64,000 nucleotides of DNA from Dehalococcoides mccartyi (GTDB lineage: Bacteria > Chloroflexota > Dehalococcoidia > GIF9 > DYGU01). The notes below the pieces were generated by a model. It was not told the origin of the DNA. It made no database searches and saw nothing but the letters and a program-made list of their open reading frames with translations. The stretch covers positions 1,435 through 65,434 of the forward strand of contig DYGU01000007.1 of assembly GCA_020724525.1 (NCBI GenBank), given 5' to 3'. Every line of letters starts with the position of its first letter. The first letter of the stretch is position 1. Made by a program: the position numbers and the translations under genes. Positions 53,388 through 62,680 of the stretch are shown here, piece by piece.

Positions 53388-53510
53388 TCGTGTCTTCAAT
53401 ATACCCAGCTCCTGGAGATTACACAATCCGCTCCATTGTTTAATACCCAAGGCATTCTGGGGGCTTCGCCTCTTACGTAATCGCTTTGTGGATTGATAAG
53501 GAGATACCCC

Positions 53511-53741
53511 TTACATTATTTCCAGTCTGACCCGAGTACCCTCTTTGGTTGCCGCGACACGCAAGAGAGTACGCATCGCCTCGGCTACCCGTCCTTGCCT
53601 GCCGATAACTCTCCCTTTGTCCTCGGGGGCAACCTCCAACCTCAGCACTACTAAACCCCTCTCACCCGCCTCCTCAGTAACTTTTACACCTTCAGGTGTG
53701 GTAACAATAGATTTGGCAATATACTCTATTAACTCCTTCAT
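53511..53741 (-). CDS. khpA: KH-domain RNA-binding protein KhpA
   Basis: [24 protein letters not shown]; follows rpsP. Confidence 0.93.
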   Translation of the reverse strand: MKELIEYIAKSIVTTPEGVKVTEEAGERGLVVLRLEVAPEDKGRVIGRQGRVAEAMRTLLRVAATKEGTRVRLEIM

Positions 53742-54040
53742 TTTGCCCCCCTGGTAGTTGATTTGGTTCTCGACTTCTTTACTGTACCTGGTTTGAGTTT
53801 CTCCATAATACCCAATTTTGTGAGTAAGGTTAACACTGTATCAGATGGCTGGGCTCCATATTTTAGCCACTTTATTGCCTTTTCTTCATCAATAGAAATA
53901 GTTCCCGGATTGGTTAAAGGATTGTAATGCCCAATAACTTCAATAAAAGCTCCATCCCGAGGGGCTTGAGCCTCAGCTATTACCACCCGATAAATCGGCT
54001 TATTTTTGGCTCCAACTCTCCTTAACCTTATCCTGACCAT
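53738..54040 (-). CDS. rpsP: 30S ribosomal protein S16
   Basis: [37 protein letters not shown]. Confidence 0.97.
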   Translation of the reverse strand: MVRIRLRRVGAKNKPIYRVVIAEAQAPRDGAFIEVIGHYNPLTNPGTISIDEEKAIKWLKYGAQPSDTVLTLLTKLGIMEKLKPGTVKKSRTKSTTRGAK

Positions 54041-54123
54041 GTTCTTCGACTTAAATACCCCTTTGTTTTTCTCGGTTATTATCCTTTAACCCATCATACC
54101 TGTCAATAGCTCATCACAAGAGT

Positions 54124-55294
54124 GATGCAATGAAAAGGCTGCGTCCCTCATCCCAGTAAAGAGGCTCAAAAGCCGATGGCTAATTGCCTAAAATAATATA
54201 TAAAGGGGCTCAAAGGCCCAAAACTGGTTAAAAAGGAGGAGCACAGCCATGAAATATTATGGCATAGACATCCACAAAAAGTATAGTGTTTACACGCTTA
54301 TCAATGAGGAAGGTGTGGTTCTGGAAAGAGGAAAGATAGCTAATGAACCAGAGGCTTTTGCCAGAGTGATGAACCACTCAACCGAAAAGGCTAAAGCAGT
54401 TATTGAAGCTATCGGTAACTGGTATTACATCCATGACCTTTTAGAAGAACTGATAGAAGAAGTGTATGTAGCTCATCCCCAGCGTACTAAAGATATTGCC
54501 TCAGCCAGGGTGAAAACAGACAAAGTCGATGCTACTACTTTAGCCCAACTACTACGAACCGACTTTATCCCCAAATCCTTTGTCCCTTCCCGTGAAGTCA
54601 GGGAACTAAGGGAACTTTTGAGATATCGAGCTTCATTAGTGAGGATGAGGACAAGGATAAAGAACAAAATTCATGCTCTACTTACTAAAAATGGGCTTAA
54701 GCATCCATTTAGTGACCTATTCGGCAAAGCTGGCAGGAAGTGGCTTACCAATCTGGAGTTAAGACCGGTATATCGTAATGCTCTTGAGGGATATTTACGC
54801 ATCCTTGATGTATTAGATAGAGAAATCCTTCCAGTAACCCGGGAGATAAATGCCAGAGCCCCGGCTAATCCTGGAGCCAGGCTTTTAGTCTCAATTCCAG
54901 GAATTGGGCATTGTACAGCGCTACTTATCCTCCTGGTTAAGGTGGATATTGACTGAGTCGGCTTCTATTGCAGCCCGCTATCCAGGAAAGTTACAGAGGT
55001 TCCGTCAGAAGGTATCAAGAAGGCATGGAGCTAAGACGGCAAACATTGCTCTGGCAGAGAGAGATATTAAGGATAGGTTATTACCTACTAAAGAAAGGAG
55101 AGAGGTACCATGAGTGAGCCGGGCAGCCCCTCTTGCTAAACTGACCCCGTAGGAGGGTCCTGAGGGTGATTGGGCGCCCGATCCTGTCAACACTGTGTGC
55201 CATAAGAGCACGGATAGATGTTTGCCCAATGGTCAATAGAGACCCATAAGGATTCGGGCAAAGGAGCTTGACAAAGGCAGCCTTTTCATAGATG
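54124..55294 (+). mobile_element. IS110-family (IS1111-type) element, non-autonomous
   Basis: Perfect 13-bp subterminal IRs ATGAAAAGGCTGC (54130-54142) / GCAGCCTTTTCAT (55277-55289), GATG at both outer ends, long 3' non-coding end with TTGACA. Confidence 0.82.
54249..55113 (+). pseudogene. IS110 recombinase with internal deletion/frameshift
   Basis: DEDD motifs GIDIHK, IEA, KTDKVDA; SIPGIG then jumps out of frame to SWLRWILTE; the serine-loop segment is missing. Confidence 0.88.
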
Positions 55295-55368
55295 TTGAGC
55301 AATTATTGCCCGTCATCAAAGTTTTTTGGGCAACTTTTGCTTTGAGCTTGTGCTATAATTCCCAAAGT

Positions 55369-56079
55369 ATGAAGGTATATCATCTCCACAGTTGGCAAGT
55401 AACTATCAAACAAGCTGAAGAAATCCAGAAAAGCTTGGCAACAAAGTTATCCCTGAAAAATGAGATGGTTAACCCCCGTCTTATTGCTGGTGTTGACATT
55501 TCTCACCCGGATTCCAGAGGAATTGCCTCAAGTGCTATAGTCGTCCTCAGTTATCCTGATTTCACCCCCATTGAAACTCAAACCGCCGAAGGTAAACTGA
55601 CTTTCCCTTATATACCCGGCTTGCTTTCTTTCCGCGAATCACCGTTAATCTTGGCTGCCTGCGAAAAGCTGTCAATTACCCCAGACCTTATCCTGGTAGA
55701 CGGTCAGGGGATTTGTCATCCACGAGGTTTCGGACTGGCTTCCCATCTAGGTCTTCTCCTTAATACTCCGACCATAGGCTGCGCCAAATCCCTCCTCTAT
55801 GGCAAGCACGAGCCGGTAGACACCAAAGCCGGTTCCTGTAAAGAGATTACCGACCAAAGAGCGGTTATTGGAGCTGTCCTGAGAACCAAAACTGGAATAA
55901 GCCCCATTTATGTCTCAATCGGTCACAAAGTTGACCTGCCCACTGCTCTCTACTGGGTAATGGCATGCTGCCGTGATTACCGAATCCCGGAGCCAACACG
56001 CTTAGCTCATAGAGCAGCCAGTAATAAGGCATTATCAATCCCACTACCAACTGGGCAACAACCAGAACTTTTCAATTAA
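55369..56079 (+). CDS. nfi: Endonuclease V
   Basis: AGVDIS, FPYIPGLLSFRE, DGQGICHPR.FGLASH, GCAKS, YVSIGH, RIPEPTR. Confidence 0.96.
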   Translation: MKVYHLHSWQVTIKQAEEIQKSLATKLSLKNEMVNPRLIAGVDISHPDSRGIASSAIVVLSYPDFTPIETQTAEGKLTFPYIPGLLSFRESPLILAACEKLSITPDLILVDGQGICHPRGFGLASHLGLLLNTPTIGCAKSLLYGKHEPVDTKAGSCKEITDQRAVIGAVLRTKTGISPIYVSIGHKVDLPTALYWVMACCRDYRIPEPTRLAHRAASNKALSIPLPTGQQPELFN

Positions 56080-56092
56080 AGGAAGGTGCAAT

Positions 56093-57197
56093 ATGCAAGA
56101 GGAAAAAGAAAAGCTGGAAGTCTTATACCGCCGAATTTCAGATATAATGGTGCATCTTTGACATCCCGGGTAAAGAAGCAGAAATTGCCAGGCTGGAAGC
56201 AGAAACAATCAGTCCCGATTTCTGGCTTGACCCTCAAAGAGCCAAAACAATCATGAAGAAGTTAGAATCCCAGAGGGAATCCGTCTTTACCTGGCGCTCC
56301 CTGGAGGGAAAAGCCAGGGAACTTTCCCTTCTCTTAGACTTAGCTATCGAGAGTAAGGACCACAGCCTTAAGGCAGAAATTGAGTCCGAAATTCACAAGT
56401 TAACGACACAACTTGAGGAGCTGGAAACTCGCTTGATGCTTAGCGGTGAATATGATGCCCGCAGTACTCTTCTTGCCATTCACGCCGGCGCCGGAGGCAC
56501 CGAATCGCAGGATTGGGCAGAGATGCTTCTGAGGATGTACCTGCGCTGGGCAGAACAACACGGCTACCAAACCCAAATTCTCGACCTGTCTCCGGGCGAG
56601 GAAGCCGGTATCAAAAGTGCTACCATAGAGGTAATAGGTGATTATACTTATGGCTACCTCAAATCAGAATATGGTGTCCACCGTCTGGTTCGTCTTTCCC
56701 CCTTTGATGCCGACCGAGCCCGGCATACTTCTTTTGTTCTGGTTGAAGTTTTGCCCGAAGCCGAAAAGGATATAGATGTTAAGATAAATCCAGAAGACTT
56801 AAAAATTGAGACCTTCAGGTCGAGTGGTCCCGGCGGGCAACATATGCAAAAAACAAGCACTGCGGTTAGAATAACCCATATTCCGACGGGAATAGTTGCT
56901 ACCTGTCAGAGCCAGCGCTCTCAATATCAAAATAAAGAAAGTGCCCTCAAAGTGCTTTACGCCCGCTTGCTCCAGCAGGAACAAGCTGAAAGGGAAGAGG
57001 AAATAGCCCGGCTTAAAGGAAAACGTATCGAAGCTGGCTGGGGTAACCAGATTAGAAGCTATGTTTTGCATCCCTACAAAATGGTAAAAGACCACCGCAC
57101 TGGATATGAAACCAGTAACGCTACCAGCGTCCTTGATGGAGAACTGGATCAGTTCATCAAAGCTTTTCTCCGCTCTGAAATAGGGGAAGAAAAATGA
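56093..57197 (+). CDS. prfB: Peptide chain release factor 2 (programmed +1 frameshift)
   Basis: ATG 56093 ... CTT TGA C at 56156-56162 with upstream GGTG; SPF and GGQ motifs. Confidence 0.96.
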
Positions 57198-58462
57198 TTA
57201 GGCGTATCTTACTGTTAGCTGCTCTGCTGCTTCTCTTGATTCTTCCAGCTATCCCGGCTTCCGTTATCGCACAGGAAAAGATTTCTCTTCTTGACAGCAC
57301 CGTTGATATTTATTTCCCCCAGGCTCTCATCTTCAATATTAAGGTGGAAAGTTCCACTGATATTACCAAGCTTCGGCTCCATTATGAGGTAGACAGGATG
57401 AACTATGCCCAGGTCGTCAGCGAAGCCTGGCCTAAATTCACCCCGGCACCTAAAGTAGCTACAAAATGGGTCTGGGACATGAGAAAAGCCACCTTGCCTC
57501 CCGGAGCCACCATAAAATACTGGTGGACTGTTGAAGATGCTGCTGGAAAAAAACTCAAAACACCAGCGAAGACACTCCAGTTTAATGACTTGCGTTATAA
57601 ATGGCAGAGCTTAAATACTCCCCAGCTAAGTCTTTTCTGGTATGAAGGTAGCCGCGTCTTTGCTGAAGATTTGCTCACTATCTCCCAACAAGCCCTGAAC
57701 CGATTGGCTACAGACACTGGCATCCGCCCTGAAAGACATATCAATATATATATCTACGCCAGCACCCAGGACCTTCAAGGAGCTATGATTTTCCCCAGGG
57801 AATGGACCGGGGGGGCTGCTTATCCCGAGTACGGCATCATTGTCCTCGGGATTTCTCAGAGGCAACTGGACTGGGGCAAAAGAGCTTTAGCCCATGAACT
57901 GGCTCATCTGATAGTCCACCAAGCCACCTTCAGCCCCTATGGTGATGTTCTGCCCACCTGGCTTGATGAAGGCTTAGCTATGTATGCTGAAGGCGACCCA
58001 GACCCAGACCTCCAGTTCTGGCTAAAGAAAGCTATTAAGGAGCAAAAGCTTATTTCCGTTCGCAGTCTGTTCAGCCCCTTTTCGGCTAAAGCCGGGATAG
58101 CCTATGTTTCCTACGCCCAAAGTGATAGTATCATCCGCTTCCTTATCCAGAATTACGGCAAAGATAAAATGTTTCAGCTCTTGCATTTTCTCAAGGAAGG
58201 CAATACTTATGATGAAGCTTTGACTAAAGCCTACGGTTTTGACACTGAAGGACTGGATGCTCGGTGGGGGAGCACATTTGTAGTCAAGGTAGCGCCACTA
58301 CTTATAGAAAAAAAGCCACTTCATCCTGCTCTGATTGCCTTATTATCAGCCTTGGCTACTTTCGTCGCAGTAGTAATTGCTTTTGCCATAGAAGAGTGGA
58401 GTTGGCAGCGCACATCATGGAGATGGTCCTTCCTCTGGGAAAACCAACTAACAAAAGGATAA
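57194..58462 (+). CDS. Peptidase MA-like zinc metallopeptidase, secreted with C-terminal TM anchor
   Basis: Signal peptide, HELAH..WLDEGLA.Y, C-terminal hydrophobic helix. Confidence 0.85.
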   Translation: MIRRILLLAALLLLLILPAIPASVIAQEKISLLDSTVDIYFPQALIFNIKVESSTDITKLRLHYEVDRMNYAQVVSEAWPKFTPAPKVATKWVWDMRKATLPPGATIKYWWTVEDAAGKKLKTPAKTLQFNDLRYKWQSLNTPQLSLFWYEGSRVFAEDLLTISQQALNRLATDTGIRPERHINIYIYASTQDLQGAMIFPREWTGGAAYPEYGIIVLGISQRQLDWGKRALAHELAHLIVHQATFSPYGDVLPTWLDEGLAMYAEGDPDPDLQFWLKKAIKEQKLISVRSLFSPFSAKAGIAYVSYAQSDSIIRFLIQNYGKDKMFQLLHFLKEGNTYDEALTKAYGFDTEGLDARWGSTFVVKVAPLLIEKKPLHPALIALLSALATFVAVVIAFAIEEWSWQRTSWRWSFLWENQLTKG

Positions 58463-58465
58463 CCA

Positions 58466-59155
58466 TTGAAAAAGTCTTTTACTGTTCATGACCTACCATT
58501 GTCGGAGCGACCCCGGGAAAGACTCTTGAAACTGGGCGCTGAAGCCCTTTCTGCCCAGGAAGTCCTGGCTTTAATCCTGGGGCGTGGGACTAAAGGCGAG
58601 TCAGTTATGATTACAGCTCAAAATCTCCTTAAAGAATTCGGTAACCTTAAGGGGATTGCCAATGCTTCTATAGAGGAATTAACCAGAATAAAAGGCATCG
58701 GTCAGGCTAAAGCTGCCCAGCTTAAAGCTGCCTTCGAACTCACTAAACGCCTCGAAAATCCTCTCGACGAAACTCTGAGACCAGCCATTAAGTCCCCGGA
58801 AGATGCGGTTAAGGTAGTGAAAGGGAAACTTAAGGATAAGAAAAAGGAACATTTCTGGATACTTTCCTTGGATACCCGGAATCATTTAATAAATGGCAAA
58901 GAAGTCTCTGTAGGCAGCCTTGATACCAGTATTGTCCATCCCCGAGAAGTTTTCAAGGAAGCTATCTCTGCCAGCGCCGCTTCTGTTATTTTCATCCATA
59001 ATCACCCCTCCGGCGATCCAGAGCCTTCTGAAGAAGACATTAAATTGACCAAGCGGCTGACTCAAGCTGGCGAAATTATCGGCATTGATATCCTTGACCA
59101 TATCATTGTTGGCAACAAAAAATACCTGAGCCTGAAAGCCAGAAACCTTTTCTGA
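58466..59155 (+). CDS. radC: RadC (HhH + JAB domain)
   Basis: RPRERL, GIGQAKA, VHPREVF, HNHPSGDPEPS..D, LDHII. Confidence 0.95.
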   Translation: MKKSFTVHDLPLSERPRERLLKLGAEALSAQEVLALILGRGTKGESVMITAQNLLKEFGNLKGIANASIEELTRIKGIGQAKAAQLKAAFELTKRLENPLDETLRPAIKSPEDAVKVVKGKLKDKKKEHFWILSLDTRNHLINGKEVSVGSLDTSIVHPREVFKEAISASAASVIFIHNHPSGDPEPSEEDIKLTKRLTQAGEIIGIDILDHIIVGNKKYLSLKARNLF

Positions 59156-59161
59156 AAGCCG

Positions 59162-59997
59162 ATGGTTGCTGAGACACAGCAACAATATAGACCAGAAGCT
59201 CAGAAGGTAGCCAAACTCGAAGAAGACCTTTTGGTTATGGGTCAGTCAAAGGGCTACATAAGCATTAGTCACGACCGAGGACGAGTCACCTATGCTGCCA
59301 CAGGTAAAAGCTACAACTTTAAGGACCCTGAAGAAATGATAAGAGCTCAGGTATATGTAGAGCTAATAGAAAAATATAAGTATCCCCCAGACAGGATTGA
59401 TACTGAAATCCAGCCACCCCGTCGTGAGCCTAAACTTCCTGCCGACATAGTAGTTTACGAAAAGATGTGGAATAAATGCTATATATGCGTGGAAGTAAAG
59501 GATAAGGAGACCGATAAAGACATCGAGGTAGCTAAGAGAGAAGGTTTGGGCAATGCCACCCTGCTTGATGCCCAATACCTTTTGCTTGCCTGTGGTTCCG
59601 AAAGGCTTGCCTACGATGTTTATAAAAAACCTCCCTTGGAGGAATTAGAAAAATATCGGATAGCTGATATCCCTATTGCCTATGGCAAAGAGCCAGAGTT
59701 CAAATATAAAAAAGGGCGACCCTCAATGGGATTTAAGAAAGGTTTCCTTTAATGAGCTTGAGCAAGAGTTTCAGCTTTGCCACGACCGAATTTGGGAAGG
59801 TGGCAAGAGAGACCCAGCCATTGCCTTTGACGAAATGAGCAAATTGGTGTTCACCAAAATCTATGACGAGAGGTTTACTAAAAATGGTGAATATTACCGC
59901 TTCCAGATTGGTCTCAGGAAGAGCAAAGGGACGTTGCCCGCAGAATTAAGGAAATTTACGCCGAAGTGCAAGAGAAGGAGACTGAAGTATTTTTGTG
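59162..59997 (+). pseudogene. Restriction-modification R/M subunit remnant (HsdR_N-like nuclease domain, methylase deleted)
   Basis: DPEE..RA, YKYP..RI, ADIVVY, VEVK; frameshift to CHD.IW.GGKRDPA.AFDEMSKL.FTKIYDE; no MTase motifs follow. Confidence 0.72.
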
Positions 59998-61399
59998 ATC
60001 TATAAAGAGCAACTGGAAAGGCGGCTTGACCCATATTATTACCAACCCAAGTTCATAAGTACGATAAATGGACTCCATAGAATTCATTATCCTCTACAAC
60101 AACTGGGCAGCCTAATTTCTACAGTCGTTAATAGTGTAGATATTCGTAAGTACACCCAACATGGGGTTCCTTATATCCGAGTAGGATATGGTCGGGATGA
60201 GGGGGTAGATCTAACCAATGTCAAATATGTTAAAGCTTCGGGTAAACTACAAGTGAAAGGCTCGATAAAAAGCGGGGATGTCCTCATTACTCATAAATGA
60301 ACTTACGGGATTGCAGTACTTTGTAACACAAGAAATAGAGCATTGCTTAATAAGTTCAGAAATTATAAGAATTCAGCATCTCAATGAAATCAACCCTACT
60401 TTCCTAGTCTCCATCCTCAACTCCAAAGCTGCTCAATCACAAATCCAACGAAGTACTAAAGGGGCAATTATAGGGCACATTGATCAAGAATCACTCAAAT
60501 CCATCAAAGCCCCCCTTCCCCCTCGTGAAATCCAAGATAAGATTGCTAACATTATGGATAAAGCCTACAAACAACGAAGGGAGAAACTGGCTAAAGCCAA
60601 TGAACTTCTTGATTCCATCGAAACTTATTTTCTTGAACAGCTCAACATTCAACTGCCAGCAGTGAAGGAAAGACGAAGTTTCGCGGTTAGACTTGAGCAC
60701 CTAAGGGAAAGGCGCTTTGACCCTTTTTATCATCGCCAAGTCTATGACAGCTTAGCCACGAGCTTAGAAAAGAACAGCTATCCTATTTATTACCTGGGAA
60801 ACCTAACAAAGCTTATTGCCAGTGGGCAGAGACCGAAAGGTGGTGTCCGGCGCATTGAAAGTGGGATACCAAGTTTGGGAGGTGAGCGTATAAATAGTAA
60901 TGGTGGCTTTAATTTTACTAAGATCAAATATGTTCTGCGAGACTTCTTTGATAGATTAGAAAATGTCCACGTGAAGCCGGGTGACATTTTGATGGTTAAA
61001 GATGGTGCTACTACCGGGAAAGTTGCTATAGTGCCCAAAGGTTTTCCTTACAAGCAATCTTGTATTAATGAGCATGTATTTCGCATTGTTCCAGAAGATA
61101 AGGTTGACCCGTATTACTTGTTTGCCTTTTTGTATTCAAGCCTGGGGCAAAAGCAAATCCAAAGACTAATTAGTGGAGCCGCTCAGAAAGGAATTACCCG
61201 TCAAGCAGTCAGCCAGATTAAGATTCCCGTACCTCCACTAAAAATCCAAACCCAAATTGCTCAAGAAGTAAAACGCCGCCGAAAGCAAGCCGAAACTCTC
61301 CGCTCTCAAGCTGAAAGAGTCCTCAGGGAGGCGAAAGAGAAGATAGATAGCATGATTTTAGGAGGTTCGGATGAAACCGAGTGGTCTAGACGTGCTTGA
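59995..61399 (+). pseudogene. hsdS: RM specificity subunit (two TRDs), frameshifted near 60290
   Basis: RLDPYYY / RFDPFY, GDILMVKDGATTGK, YLFAFL.S, IPVPPL..Q..IA repeats. Confidence 0.75.
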
Positions 61400-61433
61400 G
61401 GTTATAGGGTAATTATGCTACGCTTGAGGCAAC

Positions 61434-61905
61434 ATGCCGTTCAAAGTCTATATAAGCCATAGTGTCTCTCCTTAGGAGTTAGCAGCCGTTTATTCTCTGG
61501 CAGAACAAGCTTCCCGGTTGGAAATGGAAGCTTTCATCCCAGACCGACTCTGGTATCCTGATCAGCCTCTGCCAGTAAGAATATTTCCACGCCTGAAAAA
61601 AGCCGAAACCATAGTAGTATTCGCCACTTCATTAGGTTCACACATAGATTGGGTAAATCGAGAATTGACTGAAGGAGGGCTAGACAAGCAAAGTCTTGCT
61701 GTCGTTGACCACGGGATTCCTGTCTCGGCTTTTCCAGAAGAAAGGTTAGTATACATAGACCGTGGGAACATCACTGCTACAGCGTCGGAAGTCGCTAGCA
61801 AACTTGCTGACCTTAAATTAGAAAAAGAGCGTAGGGAGGCCTTGGGCTGGCTAGCATTGGGGGGAATAGTATTCTTCTTGTTTTTAGCATCACAAAAAAT
61901 AGAGG
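61434..61905 (+). pseudogene. TIR-like domain + C-terminal TM protein, in-frame TAG at 61473
   Basis: MPFKVYISHS...WVNREL, then LGWLALGGIVFFLFLA. Confidence 0.6.
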
Positions 61906-61909
61906 AAAA

Positions 61910-62356
61910 ATGCTGCACCTTATTTCTGTACCTCAATTACTGGAGGACACAAAGGCTCAGAAGGAGTTTGAAAAGGCCTATCAAGATTTTAGGGAGGATT
62001 TTTGGTTACCTTTCAGTACTGATATAAACGAAATCTTTACTACTTACTCAGTGCCGCAAGATGATTTTCTACCGGTGTTCTCATTTTTATACCATCATAA
62101 ATTCCTAATCCCCATCTTGCTGGAAGCGCCAAAGCCTATTAAGGACATCTTCAGTGAGGTAGCGCTTTCTCTAACTTTGGACCATGACCCTGAGGGTAAG
62201 TTTGAGGAGTTGTGCATAGTCATAAGAATTAGGGGGGAAGCTGAGGAAGTGGTTGACCTTTTAAGTAAATTAGATAAGGCGTGGTTTCTAAAGACCTTGC
62301 CAAAGACACGAAACCAGCTTAATGTAACTATTGAAGTTCAAGAGGAACAACATTAA
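61910..62356 (+). CDS. Hypothetical protein, probable partner of the downstream HEPN gene
   Basis: AGAGG RBS, 148-aa ORF, stop overlaps the HEPN start position. Confidence 0.6.
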   Translation: MLHLISVPQLLEDTKAQKEFEKAYQDFREDFWLPFSTDINEIFTTYSVPQDDFLPVFSFLYHHKFLIPILLEAPKPIKDIFSEVALSLTLDHDPEGKFEELCIVIRIRGEAEEVVDLLSKLDKAWFLKTLPKTRNQLNVTIEVQEEQH

Positions 62357-62618
62357 CTTTGATTGGCTTAGTTATCTCAATGTAGCTAACTACTTGCTTT
62401 CCAAAACAGGCGAGGAATACTGGCGCTCCGCAGTTAGTCGGGCCTATTATGCTGTATTTGGCACAACAAGAGAAATACTCCAAAGTCAAGGAGTCCAGTT
62501 CAAAATAGACAACATACACAGACAGGTAATAAATTGGCTGAAAAGGCATAAAAATTCCAATATCCAACAAATTAGAGTTAATTTGGATCGACTAAGAAGA
62601 GAAAGGCACTATGAGTAA
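62352..62618 (+). pseudogene. HEPN-domain protein, start lost and 3'-truncated
   Basis: FDW..YL..A..L, RSAVSRAYYAVF, H..VI..L, L.RLRRER; ATT at the expected start. Confidence 0.7.
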
Positions 62619-62680
62619 GCTCGGCCTTATATTGGTTATTCTTCTTGATATCCGGATAATATCCAGCCCGTGGAGAAAGC

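Larger units (their letters stand above)
47715..53531. mobile_element. Genomic island bounded by a 23-bp direct repeat of the khpA 3' end
   Basis: CCTTACATTATTTCCAGTCTGAC at 47715-47737 and 53509-53531; contains integrase remnants, an IS and a cassette. Confidence 0.75.

Noticed and set aside
58466-59155. RadC JAB domain as partner of the RING protein in a ubiquitin-like system
   Set aside because: Ordinary full-length RadC about 6 kb away, outside the island; no E1/E2/Ubl gene visible
50900-61480. In-frame TAG codons (both integrases, TIR gene) as stop-codon reassignment
   Set aside because: Intact genes such as def and nurA end in TAG, and the same regions also contain TAA/TGA stops and frameshifts, so this is simple decay
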